Origin: Mobula hypostoma
Taxonomy: Eukaryota
Assembly (NCBI RefSeq): GCF_963921235.1
Contig: NC_086097.1
Span: 68,202,001 to 68,266,000 of the forward strand
Reading direction: 5' to 3'
Length of the DNA: 64,000 nucleotides
Shown here piece by piece: positions 10,421 through 22,970 of the stretch. How positions within the stretch are numbered: the first letter of the stretch is position 1; every line of letters begins with the position of its first letter. The notes under the pieces are model-generated. The model had not been told where the DNA came from. It made no database searches and saw only the letters and a program-made list of their open reading frames with translations. The translations under genes and the position numbers were made by a program.

Positions 10421-13355
10421 CAAAAAAGGAAGATAGTCAGTAGGCTGCAATCATTGCAAGAGGTCACTTATTGGTGCCACAGCACAAGGTTTACAAAGAG
10501 CTCTGGGTGCTTTCGTCTCTTTTCAGTGGGCTGAAATCAGTGCGGGGCAAAAAAAAAGGGAGGTGTAAGTGGAGCAACCCTTGTGGAAACAGCCAGTGTG
10601 TCAGTAGCCAGTGTTAAAGTGGTCAGGCGCCAGCTCAACACAGGCTTGAACAAGCATAGGTGGAGGTTTTAAGTAAGTAAGTAAATAAGTTTCTAGTAAG
10701 TTTTTTTTCTGCTACAACATAGCTAGTGCTCTGAGAATGAGTTTGGAGGTAGTGTTATGTTCTTTGAACTCTGGGAGACCTCTAGTCTCCCTAGTAACTA
10801 TATTTGTACAAAATGCACTGAGTCATTAGAGACCTGGAGCTTGAACTGGAGCTAGAGCTGGATGACCATTGGCTCATACAGGAAAAATGAAGAGGTGATA
10901 GATAGGAGCTACAGGGAAGTAGTCACCCCTAAGATGCAGGAGGCAGGTTCCTGGGTGACTGGCAGTAGAGGGAAAGGGTATAGGCAGCCTTTGCAGAGTA
11001 CCTCTGTGGTCATTTTCATCAATAATAAGTATATCGTTTTGGATACTATTGTAGGGGTATGACGTACCGGAAAAAGATACATTGACCAGATCTCTGGCAC
11101 TGAGTCTAGCTCGCTGGCTCATAAGGGAAGGGGGGGGGGCATTCCATAATTAGAGGAGAAGAAATCAGATTATGTGAACGTGAAAGAGACACACCAATGG
11201 TATAATGTCTCCCATGGGCTATGTTCAGGCATTCTAAAGAGGGAGGGAGAATAGCCATGGTACATATTAGTAGGAAAAGGGTCCTGAAGAGAGAATATAA
11301 GAAGTTGAGCTGAAAGCTGAAAAGCAGGACCCCCAGGGATTGCTGCCTGTGCCACGTCCCAGTGAGGGTAAGAATAGGATGATTTGGCAGATGAATGCAT
11401 GGCTGAAGAATTGGTGCAGGAGGCAGGATTTCACATTTCTGGATCACTGGGATCTCTTCTGGGTAATGCATGGCCTGTACAAAAGGGATGGGTTACACCT
11501 GAACCCGAAAGGAACCAATATCTTTGTGGACAGGTTTGCCAGAGCTGTTTGGGAGGGTTTAAACTAATTTGGCAAGGGGATGGTAATGGAGTGATTGGGT
11601 GAGTTGGTATACACGAGATGCAGTGTGTAGTGAGACTGTGAGGAAGGACAGGCAGATGAATGGGCAAAATTGCTGTCAGTAGGGCAAGTTATTGTAACAG
11701 AGGGTAAGATCAAAAATGGTGATGAATACAGGACTGAAGTTGCTATATTTCAATGCACACAATATTTGGAATAAGGTAGATGATCTTGTAGCACAGTTAG
11801 AGATTGGCAGGTATGACGTTGTGAGCACCTCTGAGTCGTGGCTGAAAGAACATCATAGTTGGAAGCTGAACAACTAAGGATACACATTGTATCAAAAGGA
11901 CAAGCAGGTAAGCAGAGGGGGTGGGGGTGGATCTGTTGGTAAAAAATGTAATAAAATCCTTAGAGAGAGGTGACATTGGATCAGGAGATGCAGAGAGTTA
12001 AGACGCTGCAAGGGTGAAAGGACTCTGATGGGAGTTATATACAGGCTTCCAAACAGTAGCTAGGCTGTGGGCTATAAATTACAATGCAAGATAGAAAAGA
12101 CATGTAACAAGAGCAATGTTGTGATAATCATGCAGGACTTAACATGCAGGTAGATTAGGAAAATCAGCTAGATGCTGGATCCCAACAGAGAGAATTTGCA
12201 GAACACCATAAGGTGGCTTTTTAGAGCAACTTGTGGTTGAGCCCACTTAGGAGAATGGCAATTCCAGACGGGGTATTATGTAATGACCCAGACTTTATGA
12301 GGGAGCTTAAGGTGAAGGAACCTTTAGGAGGCAGTGATCATAATATGATAGAATACACCCTGTAGTTTGAGAGGGAGAAGCTAAAATGGATATATAAGTA
12401 TTACAGTGGAGAAAAGGGAATTGCAGAGGCATGAGAGAGGAACTGGCCAAAGTTGGAAGGTGACAATAGCGGGATGATGGCAGAGCATCAATGGCTGGTG
12501 TTTCTGGGGGGAAACTCAGAAGGTGCAGGAAAGATACATCAGAAAGATTTAGAAGTATTCTAAAGGAAGGACGAGGGAACCATGGCTGACGAGGGAAGTC
12601 AAAGACAGCATAAAAGCAAAAGGGAGGGCAAATAGTATAGCAAAAATTAGTAAGAAGTTAGAGCATTGGGAAGTTTTTAAAATCAACAGAAGGCAACTAA
12701 AGAAGCCATAAAGAGATAAAGGATGAAATATGAAGGTAAGCTAGTCAATAATATAAAAGAGGATGTAAAAATCCTCTTCAGATATATAAAGAGTAAAAGA
12801 GGGACGAGAGTGGATATTGGACTGTAGGAAAGTGACACTGGAGTGGGAGTAATGAGGGAATACAGAAATGGTGAATGAACTTAACAAGTATTTTGTATCA
12901 GACACTCGCAGAATACCAGAAGTATGAGAGTTTTGGTTCAAATTTCACAGTTCAAAGTAAATTTATTATCAAAGTACATACAGTATGTCACCATATACAA
13001 CCCTGAGATTCTTTTTCTTGTGGAAATATACAATATATCTGCAGAATAACAACCATAACAGAATCAATGAAATACCGTGGAATTTGGGCATTCAACCAGA
13101 GTGCAGAAGACAACAAAACTTCAAATATAAAAAGAAAGAAATGATATTAATAAAGAAATATGCAATAAATATCGAGAACGTGAGATGAAGAGTCCAATGT
13201 CACTGCTATTACAGAGGAGAAGATGCTTGGGAAGCTGAAAAGTCTGAAGATAGATAAGTCCCCTGGACCAGATGCACCACATCCCAGGGTTCTGAAAGAG
13301 GTAGCTGAAGAGATTGTGGAGGCATTAGGAATGATCTTTTAAGAATCACTTTGAT
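10421..13355 (+). mobile_element. CR1 LINE, 5' half (5' UTR, ORF1 SGNH-esterase, ORF2 AP-endonuclease and linker), inverted relative to its 3' half
   Basis: ORF1 pieces EEVIDRSYREVVTPKMQE and LPVPRPSEGKNRMIWQMNAWLKNWCRRQDFTFLDHWD...RDGLHLN. Endonuclease motifs from ~11740, including LGGSDHNMIE near 12325. Ends at VAEEIVEALGMIF*ES. Confidence 0.9.
12940..13196 (-). mobile_element. Rex/L2-type 3' tail fragment inserted in the CR1
   Basis: Reverse complement of the common tail '...gaatctcagggttgtatatggtgacata...tgtactttgataataaatttactttgaac'. Similar copies occur on + at ~5900-5960 and ~52200-52290. Confidence 0.7.
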
Positions 13356-14149
13356 GGTTTCAAAAGCTTCAGCACTGAACTCCTAGTTACACCTTGATCA
13401 CTCTTACTTTAGAACAAAGATAGAATCTTGAAAAAAGCTCATTTTTAACACATTGCTCATATTAAATATTTATATTTCTTTGTTCTATTTCAACAAAGCA
13501 GTACTTTAACTAAAATCCAGAAAGCAATTTATTTGTTGTATAAGTTTTGAAATAATTGAAATCATTTTGCAAATTAATTTTCTGAATATATCTAATCATC
13601 AGTAATTTAAAAAAGATTTATCTAATGCTACAAAATTTCCAGAAATTAATGTTGAGATTTTATTTTGGCATTTTTAATTAGTGAAATGCCTCCACTAAAA
13701 TAACACTTAAAGGAATGTCTCATTAATGTATTATGTTTGAGTTTGTGTAATTTCGAAGTTTGGTGTATACCTGTTAAAATAAAATAAATATTTTAACTTC
13801 AGTATATTTGCATGCACTATGATATTGAGCAAAAACCAGAGTACTCAGAAATCTAGTTAGCCCTCAATGCAGATTTAAAAGCCAGGGGAACACTGTTATT
13901 CAAGATTTTCAGCATCTGCAGATTTATGTTTGACAGCCAGGAGCAGAACATACTTGGGACCGATAAATCAAAGTAATTGTAACAAGCCACTATCAGGATA
14001 ATGACGGGTTGATGAGGAAGTTTCAAAGCAAAGTTGGACAAGTTTAAAAAAGTGATGAAAGTCTCTCTTTCAAGACCAAAACCTGCTGGTCATAAAGGTT
14101 TTCTTTGTGTAGGAGGAAGTCTGTTTCCAAAAAGAAACAAATACATTTG

Positions 14150-16478
14150 CAGACATCCCACCCTACAAAAACTCATTTCAGGGAGGTAGCACCACCACCC
14201 CCACCCCCCGCAAACCGATACACCCTCGCCTCCCCCGGTCAACCTCCAAGGCTGTATGTATACAGGATATTTGATTATGAAAGAACACCATCCATCCGTG
14301 CCGGGTTGAGTGTCGAGCTTGCAACTCGGCCTCGTAAAAAAAAACTGCGCTGTGAGAAGGACGTGGGGGACCACTCACAGAATCTTTCCTCTAAGACACT
14401 TGAAAAAGTGGTTGCCGAGGCTCTGGCAAGAGTATGGCACACAGGGGAATAAATAAATAAATAAATGCTAATGCAAATAGCTTTTTTATTTCTTATGCAA
14501 ACTTTCCTTGTACTGTGATGTGGCTTGCTTGGCAGATTTGAGCATTTTGCCGGAAATCTCAACCTCATAGCAATCTGTGTCAATGAATTTGTTAATTTTG
14601 CAAGACATTAGATTCACAAGTGAGACAGCTGACTTCTGAATTCTGCCTTAATGTGACACACCATGCTGAATTATATTGTCTTATGCAGAAAATGTGACTT
14701 TAAAATATGTACTTACATTATATTATATTATTATGGAGTCGTTTTGTTATTCTATTACAACTTTAGAGTAGCACCTTTATAGCTAGCCAGATAGTTTAAG
14801 TAACGTTAACTATGCTAATGAACACATGACACCTGTTAAACTCACCTCCACATGTCTTTTACAGTCATTTTTTTATTTCAAAATATACTTTATTCAAAAA
14901 TAAATATATACAATAAACCATTCAATAACTTTTCATCCTTTACATACGTTTCCATTATACACAGTACATATCCGTATTTATAGCCACCCATGTGGCACTC
15001 CAGTAGTTCAGTTTACCATATCATTTCATTGTTGAGGGGTATACTCCCCGCCCTCCGATCCCTCCCACTCCCACGGGTGGAGAAACCTATACTGTGGTCC
15101 TTCCCCACCGGGCCCTTGCGGTGGCTGCACCAAGTTTCAGTGCATCCCTCAGCACGTACTCCTGCAGCCGAGAATGTGCCAGTCGGCAGCATTCTCCCAC
15201 GGACATCTCCATGTGCTGGTAGATCATCAAGTTTCGGGCCGACCAAAGAGCGTCTTTCACCGAGTTGATGATCTGCCAGCAGCACCGGACGTTGGTCTCC
15301 GTGTGTGTCCCCGGGAACAGCCCGTAGATCAGAGAGTCCTCTGTTACGCAGCTGCTGGGGATAAACCGTGACACTAGCCCGTCCATCCTCCTCCACACCC
15401 TCTATGCGAACTGGCAGTGTGCAAAGAGGTGGGTCACAGACTCTTCCTCACTGCAGTCCTCCCATGGGCAGTGGGGTGCGGAGACGACGTTCCGGGCGTA
15501 CAGGAGGGCCCTGACTGGGAGGGCCCCTCTCACCGCCAGCCAGGCGTGGTCTTGGTGCCTGTTGGTTAGATCTGGCGATGAGGCATTTTGCCAGATGAAC
15601 TGGACCGTCTGCTCAGGGAACCACCCCACTGTGTCCATCACGTCCTTCTCCTGCAGTGCCTGCAGGACACTACGTGCTGACCACTGCCTGATGGCCCTGT
15701 GGTCAAAGGCGTTCTCCTGGAAGAACTTTGCTACGTAGGACAGGTATGCCGGCAACGACCAGCTGACTGGGGCGTTGCGCGGGAGTGGGGCCAGACCCAT
15801 CCTTCGTAGCCAGGGCAACAAGTAGAACCTGGGCACATAGTGGTACTTGGTGCCCACATACCTGGGCTCTACACACAACCTGATGCAGCCACATACGAAG
15901 CTGGCCATCAGGGTGAGGGCGACATTGGGAACGTTCTTGCCCCCGTTGTCCAGGGACTTGTGCATGGCGGTCCATCTCACCCGCTCCATCTTGGATCCCC
16001 AGACGAATCTGAAGACAGCCCGGGTGATTTCTACAGTCATTTAACCCACCATGGGCAATAGAAAAGTCACTGTTGCAAACAGTGTAGTGAGCAACACTGT
16101 CATTATTTTTGACCCCTATTAGGCAGGGGTACACTTTAGGGTAGTCTGGGGTGAAGTACGTTTTATATTTTCTTTTTTTGGAACACTCTGCCATGGCGCT
16201 GCAGGACACTAAACTGAACCGATAGACAATGAAAGAGAGAGAGATGTCGACTGTAAAGCCCACCCACAGAGAAAACTGATAGGTCTACTTAGCACAAAGA
16301 GAGACCAATCAGGATGTTCTCTCTGTCACTCTCTCGCTACGTCTGTCACTCGCACTCTCTCTCTCTTCCTCTCTCTCTCTCTCCCTCTCAAAAAAATCGA
16401 TTTCCGGGATATTGTATATAATTTGCAGGCGTCAGGGAGCTGCTAGCAATATAACTTCCAGGAGAGGTGGGATGTCTG
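14150..16478 (-). mobile_element. hAT-superfamily DNA transposon (internally deleted) with 13-bp TIRs and a 6-bp TSD
   Basis: TIRs CAGACATCCCACC (14150) and GGTGGGATGTCTG (ending 16478), flanked by CATTTG on both sides (14144-14149, 16479-16484). Transposase N-terminus MAECSKKRKYKTYFTPDY...VAHYTVCNSDFSIAHGGLNDC continues as KRHVE|gtgag across the Tx1 insertion. Confidence 0.8.
14871..16031 (-). mobile_element. Tx1/L1-clade LINE, 5'-truncated, young
   Basis: ORFs 15402-16040 and 15087-15398 give RAVFRFVWGSKMERV...SLDNGGKNVPN, a C-terminal zinc knuckle HCPWEDCSEEESVTHLFAHC, and INSVKDALWSARN. A-rich tail; 11-bp TSD TACAGTCATTT at 14860-14870 and 16032-16042. Confidence 0.9.
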
Positions 16479-16540
16479 CATTTGCTCTAAAACAAGGTGT
16501 AAGTTACTTTAAATGTTAGCCTTAATTTTCAGTGCTTACT

Positions 16541-17835
16541 TAAAAATTGTAGATGTAATTTCAGTGTTGCTTTGGCTCAGATCAGTAATTGAATATAATT
16601 AAAATTTAAAATACTTTAACAGAAATTAATATCTGCATGTGATTCCACACTAGTTTTTTTAAATGTTAATATTTTTAATCTATCTTTTTCAGACAAAGTA
16701 AAATATACATAATTCAAGAAGTCACTGGTAATGAAAAAAGAGTATAATGGGTGAGAGGTGTAAAACTGTAAGAATACTTAATGACCAAAATGTGGTCTGG
16801 CCAGTAGTGTATTCCCAAGATCGAATACGGCTGGGTCCCAATCTGGGCAGTAGCAGTATCTGTGTGGAAGAAAGGCCTGGCAATCTACTTCTGTATCTTG
16901 CCACAAAAACCGTATGGATAACTATATTATCCATAGGACGGCCAGGGACACCCTAGTCAACACGACTTGACAGCATTCAACAAAAATATGTGCATTAAGG
17001 GAAGTGCATAAACAAATACCACATTTTCTTCATACAGAGGGATATGTTCCGATGCTTGTTGAAATGATGAACCACAAAACAAGTTGTCCTATTCCAAGAA
17101 TGCATATTACATTTCGCGATATACTTTGTAACAACATAGCTGTGATTGTATATATCATGATACCTAGGAGCAGATGTGACAAAACATGCAACACAGTTCA
17201 CTCATAGCTCCCTTACTTTGAATTCTTAATTTGTAGGAACACCGATCTTTATTCTTGTCATTTTGAAACCATAGAAAGTTTTTTTTTTGCAAAATATGTT
17301 CCCTTTGGTTATTTTTTAAAATTCTTCAGAAAATCTACATTTTCAGAAATCACTAAAATAAAAATTAATTTTATGAAAAGCCACCTCTGGCTACCCTTAT
17401 CATCAAGTTACCTACTGCAAAGAATTAATAGCTTTTTTGTGTCTTCAGTACTTTTTCTCTTGTGGAATTCTTTCATGGTGTCCAACTAAGTTAATCCAGT
17501 GTTACGTTGTGTGACTTCCATGGATCATCTCTCAAAGCGGCAAGAACAAACAACTGATGTTTCCTAAAAGCTGTAGATTTAATTTCAGTGTTGCTTTGGG
17601 CTCAGATCAATAACTGAATACAACTGAAATTAGAACATTTGAATAGAAATTAACACCCGCATATGATTTCACACTAGTTTTTTAATGTTAATATTTTTAA
17701 TCTACAGATCTTTTCAGATGTCAAATAGTCAGTCAAAGAAAATATACATAATTGAATAAGTCACTGGTAATGAAAAAAAGAGTGAAATAGGTGAGAGGGT
17801 AAAACTGTAAGAATATTTAAAGACCAAATGTGGTC
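16541..17835 (+). repeat. Diverged local direct duplication (~260 bp; copies 16541-16797 and 17566-17835)
   Basis: Colinear blocks in both copies: tgtagat.taatttcagtgttgcttt(g)ggctcagatca...cacactagtttttt..aatgttaatatttttaatcta...aagtcactggtaatgaaaaaa...ggtgagagg..taaaactgtaagaata.ttaa.gaccaaa(a)tgtggtc. Confidence 0.9.
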
Positions 17836-19089
17836 CCAATAGTAACAAAAAAGTTAAAACCACCACTAATACTAGATTGAAAAATTGCAGTAACCACGCA
17901 TCTGAAATCCAACCATGTTTGAGTTATATGGTTATTAGAGACCAAAAATTAAAAATCTGCATTGATCATCAGAAATAAAAGAAAGGTTTACGCTTAAAAA
18001 TCATATCACAGAACCGTTAACTTTCATCATGGAAATTAAAAGCAAAAATATTCATCTAAGATGAAAGTAAGGGTGGATTTATTATGGGTAAGCAATAGGT
18101 ACTGTTATTCTACAACATAGACAGAAGATTTTAAAAATTCCAAGTTTTCAAGTTGATTTTCTCACAACTATGAAAAGCTTCGATCCTACCCAATATTAAA
18201 TAACTTTATTAAATTCAGATTTATATGATGCTTCAAAAATGATCATATTTTAGATAATTTTTCACAATTAGCAAACCATAGTTGTTTCATCTGTTCCTCC
18301 TTAAGGGAAAAATATGGATGTGGGGATAGATTCAGAGTACTGAACATAATGAATATGCCTTCATTACCAACCCTCACAGTGGATACTAGACCCCTGCAGC
18401 TAAGGAAGATCTTCCACTGCCCAAGCCAGAGAGTGCCATAGTGCGGAATAAGAGAAGGCAACGAAAAGCAGATAAATTGCTTAGAGAAAAAGACAACGGA
18501 GAAACTAGTTAGTTTAAATTACAGCTTAAGGAATTGGGAAAAATTAACCCATCGTCCCTGAAAAGTTGAAAAATTACTGAAGCCAATTTTAATATCAACA
18601 TCATACCATGTCTTGGCATTATAACCAGTGTAGCCCTCATCTCCATGCCTTATCAGACAGCTGCCTGCTCAAAAAATACATAAAAAAGGTGGTCCATGGA
18701 CGGCAGAAGATATTTTATGCTAGGAGACTCTTGGGTGGTGCCAAAGACAAGTTTAGTAACAGACAGGCAAAGCTCAGGGAAGAGATTTCAGGAAAAGCTT
18801 TCTTTTAGGTGGTGGAACTATTCTGTTTTTTCCATGTTTCATAATAAAAGTGAATATATATTTTAAAAATATTGTAAATGCTCTCTTCTGATCTGACTTG
18901 GCTTCTTTCTGCCATCAGGTGGCAAAAAAACCGTGATGATTCCTTAGTTGGAACAAAAATACAGAAATTAAACCCAGACACCATACTTTTAGAAAGTCTT
19001 CTCTCATTTCAGTTTGGCTGGGATGGAAAACTCTCAGATAAGGAGCACTCAGAGCATGTTAATTGCCAACTTATCTAGTTCCTCTAGGG

Positions 19090-19168
19090 CAGGGGTTCCT
19101 TACTTTTATTATGCCATGGACCCCTACCATTAACTGATGGGTCCGTTGACCCAGGTTGGGAAATCTTA
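19090..19168. mobile_element. Tiny hAT-Charlie-type MITE
   Basis: Starts CAGGGGTTCC and ends with the degenerate inverted GGTTGGGAAATCTTA. 8-bp TSD CTCTAGGG / CTTTAGGG fits the Charlie-type NTCTAGAN-like target. Confidence 0.7.
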
Positions 19169-19542
19169 CTTTAGGGGGAATGTATCATAAGCTTGGAAGA
19201 GAATTTTAAAAAAACACAGCAATACTAATTCAGATGTTAATGACATCCAACAATACTTTGATTTATAATTCAACCTGAACTTCTACATTGGATTAAAGGT
19301 CTAAAGTTTGTTACCAGGGATCCATTGTTTTCTTCCAAACATTTTGACTACAATTTGCAAATAAATATAACTTTATTATGAATAAATTTACAAATCAGTC
19401 CACAGAAATTGTTCAATTAATGCAACAACTGTAGTATAACTTCATTAAGTTAACTTAAAAGTGGTATTTCAAAATGATACAAAGTTTTTGATCAGATTGG
19501 ACAAATATTGCTGGTAAGACAACACAATTAGAACTTTAGTTT

Positions 19543-20715
19543 ACAAGGTGCCACTCATGAGGCTGCTTAACAAGATAAAATCCTGTGGCATTATAGGAAA
19601 GATACTGGCATGGATAGAGCAATGGCTGACAGCCAGGAGGCAGCGAGTGGGAATAAAGGGGAGTCTTTTCTGGTTGGCTGCCAGTGACTACTAGTGTTCC
19701 TCAGGGGTCAGTTTGGGACCGCTACTTTCAAATTGTTTGTCACTGACTTAAATAATGAATTGATGGCTTCGTGGCAAAGTTTACGGATGATACAAAGATA
19801 GGTGGAGGGGTAGGTAGCACTGAGGAAGCAATGTGATTGCAACAGGACTTAGATAAATTGGAAGAATGGGCAAAAAAGTGGCCAACAGAATACAGTGTTG
19901 GGAAATATATGATAATGCATTTTGATAGAAGGAACAATAATGCAGACTATTATATAAATAGGGAGAAGGTTTAAACATCAGAGGTGCAGAGGGACTTAGT
20001 AATCTTCAGACAAGTTTCCCAGAAGATTAATTTAGAGGTTCAATCTATGGTAAAGAAGGCAAATGCAATGTTGGCAACTTTTTCAAGGGGAATAGAATAT
20101 AAAAGCAAGGAGATAATGCTGAAGCTTTATTGGACACTAGTCAGGCAGCACCTGGAGTATTGTCAACAGTTTTGGACCTCATATCGCAGAAAGGATATGT
20201 TGTCATTTGAGAGAGTCCAGAGGACGTTCACAAGGATGATTCCAGCAATGAAGGGGTTAACATATGTGGAGTATTTGGCAGCTTTGGGCCTGTACTCTCT
20301 GGCATTTAAATGAATGCAGGGCGGATCTCATTGAAACCTATTGAATGTTGAAATGACGAGAGAGGGTGGATGTGGAGGGGATGTTTCTTATGGTGGGGGT
20401 ATCCAGAACTAGAGGGCACAGTCTCAAAATTAAGGGGCAACCTTTTAGAAAAGTGGTAAGGAGGAATTTTTTTAGCCAGGAAGTAGCAAATTTGTGGAAT
20501 GCTTTGCCACAGACTGTGGTGGAGATCAAGTGCATGGGTATATTTAAGGCAGAAGTGGATAGTTTCCTGATCGGTCAGGGCATCAAAGGATATTGCGAGA
20601 CGCCAAGTGTATGGGGTTGAGTGGGATCCGGGATCAGCCAAGATGCTATGGCAGAGCAGACTTGTTGAGCTGAATGGCCTAATTCATTTCCTATGTCTTG
20701 TGGTCTTATGGTCTA
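19543..20715 (+). mobile_element. CR1 LINE 3' portion
   Basis: KVPLMRLLNK, SVPQGSV, KFTDDTKIGG, and ORFs 19984-20313 and 20366-20620. Tail tcttgtggtcttatggtct. Confidence 0.92.
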
Positions 20716-21589
20716 ATGCATCGAGCCTATCAGTTTCTTCCACTGCTAGAATGTAAGTCCAGTGTTTCAATGCAAATTTGCTGACATTTCCAAGCACATA
20801 CTTATGGTTGCAGTAACCTGAGCAGAATACTGTGGTATTGTTAGATGTACATAGAACAATGCAGCACAGTTCTGCTCTTCAGCCCATCATGTTGTGAAGA
20901 CTTTTTAACCTTCTCTAAGATCAATCTGACCTTTCCCTCCTGCATATCCCTCCATTTTTCTTTCAGACATAAGCCTATCTAAGAGTCTCTTAAATGTCTT
21001 TAATGTATCTTAATCTACCACCACCACTGCCAGCAAGTTCCATGCACCTACCACTCTCTGTAGAATACCTCCCTCTGACATCCCCCCTCCATACTTTCCT
21101 CCAGTCACCTTAAAATTACACCCCCTTATAACAGCCATTTCAACTTTGGGGAAAAAGTCTCCGGCTGTCTCAATCTTTGCCTAGTATTGTCTTATATACC
21201 ACTATTGTCAGCTCTCATCCCCATTTACTCCAAACAGACAAGCCTAAGCTCATTCAACCTAACCTCTTAAGACATGCTCTCTAATCCTGGCAGCTGCCTG
21301 GTAAGTCTTCCGTGCACCCTCTTTAAAGCTTCCAAATCCTTCCTATAATGAGGTGACCAGAACTGAACATAACAAGTGTGGTCTAACCAGAGCTTTACAG
21401 AGCTGCATCATTACTTCACAGCTCTTGAACTCAATACCCTAACTAAAGAAACTAACACACCATATGCTTTCTTAACCACCATATCAACGTCCACAGCAGC
21501 TTTGAGGGAACTCAAGATCCACCTGTTCACAGTGCTAAGAATCCAGCCATTAACCCAGTACTCTGCCTTCAAGTTCGACCTTTGATCTC

Positions 21590-22246
21590 CAAAGATGATG
21601 GTAGTGCACACTGTAGCAGTGGCCTCTCTAGGTCCAACCAAAGGTGTAATTGTTCATCCTTTATGTCTTTTTTGCAATCGCAAGACACTGCTAGATATTA
21701 AGAACATTAAGTACCACAGGTCTATTCCCATCAGCGAGTTGGTCAATAGCGATGGAGCTGGACTTCTTGCACACCATTGTTGTTCAAAGTTGATGTACAG
21801 TCCAACAAATGGAACAAATGATTTCCTTAGACGTCTTTATCATTATCTCAGGACCCTGTTGGACATCGATAATGTAAATTCTGCATGTCTGGTTCAATGG
21901 TTCATGGGTGACAAGAATTACCCAGGAGGAGATGCTGGAGGCAGTGTGGGAGAGAGCAGAGGCCTCCGTGGCTGCACTGGAATCTGTACTGGGTTGGGGG
22001 CTGACCCCCACCCCCTGTTGATGCTGCCCTCTAGGGTTCACTCAGTGAAATGCAAGCTGAACCAGGACAACATCCCATGCACCATCAATCTACAGGCCAT
22101 TCTGCCTGTATGTTGTCCTGCTATTGTAATTATATGTGCTGTGAGCTGTTGGTACTGTGTTTAGCACCTTGGCCCGAAGGAACTCTTTTTCGTTTGGCTG
22201 TATTCACATGTATGGTTGAATGACAATTAAAAATAAACTTGAACTT
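21590..22246 (+). mobile_element. Short non-autonomous LINE-derived element (Rex/L2-like)
   Basis: Begins AAGATG..GG...GCAG.GGCCTCTC like the 553 element. Ends tgaatgacaattaaaataaacttgaactt; the same tail appears reversed at ~2286-2350. Confidence 0.55.
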
Positions 22247-22285
22247 CTAAAATGTATTACTTCGCACTCTTCCAGATTGAACTCC

Positions 22286-22970
22286 TGTGGTAAGGTGAAA
22301 TAGAATTAATGATTTCCCTATTGCAACAGCTACAAAATGGCTAAGTATGTTGATAAGATGGTTGACTCTAGTTTTAGCCTTTGGTTGCACAGGTAGGCCC
22401 TTCTGAGGTGATTAACTGGAAATCATGTGGTAGCTTCCAGTAAATTATATATCAAGGATAATGAGTTGTTATCGTTTGCAGGGGAGATAAGGGAGACCCT
22501 GAACAGTATAATAGTTGTTTCGAGGAACTTTTGGAGCTTCTTCATGCACTGGACTGTGACCAATGACTGAGAAACTTGATGCCCTTCATGTCTCATCGAA
22601 GTGATGGGGCTCCCGAGTGGGTAAAGACTGAGTGGTTAAGAATATACAGGTACAAACAGCACTGCTAATTGTTAATTGCTGACTAGTGTTGCTATGAATT
22701 GCTTTGGCCTTGCTTTATTAGTGAAGAATCAAACAAAGAAATATGACGTTTGTTCTTTTAGTTGAATTAGTTTAAATTAGCACCTGTAATTAGAAGTGGA
22801 ATTTGAGCTATGGTTGAAAGTCAAACAACATTACTTCTGAGTTACTAATTTCTTTGTTCTTTTTGTTAAGAGCTAAATAAAGTTACTGAATTAAACTAGT
22901 TGTGTCTTTTATTGACAATTTGGTTACTCAAGAGGAATCAAAAGAAACTTGAGCTCTGTTTTGAAAATGA
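22286..22970 (+). mobile_element. Probable solo LTR inserted in CR1
   Basis: Starts TGTGG exactly where CR1 similarity breaks. TATA-like tataaa at ~22507 and AATAAA at ~22876; CR1 resumes at ~22975. The 3' CA terminus and TSD are unclear. Confidence 0.4.

Noticed and set aside
15703..16263. 186-aa ORF as a host gene
   Set aside because: It is a chimera of the hAT transposase N-terminus and an out-of-frame reading of the Tx1 insertion.
17030..17163. Possible minus-strand exon encoding a hydrophobic, signal-peptide-like stretch (MLLQSISRNVICILGIGQLVLWFIIS)
   Set aside because: Plausible AG/GT sites only, with no recognisable homology. In the phase left by the NPAS exon it reads straight into a stop.
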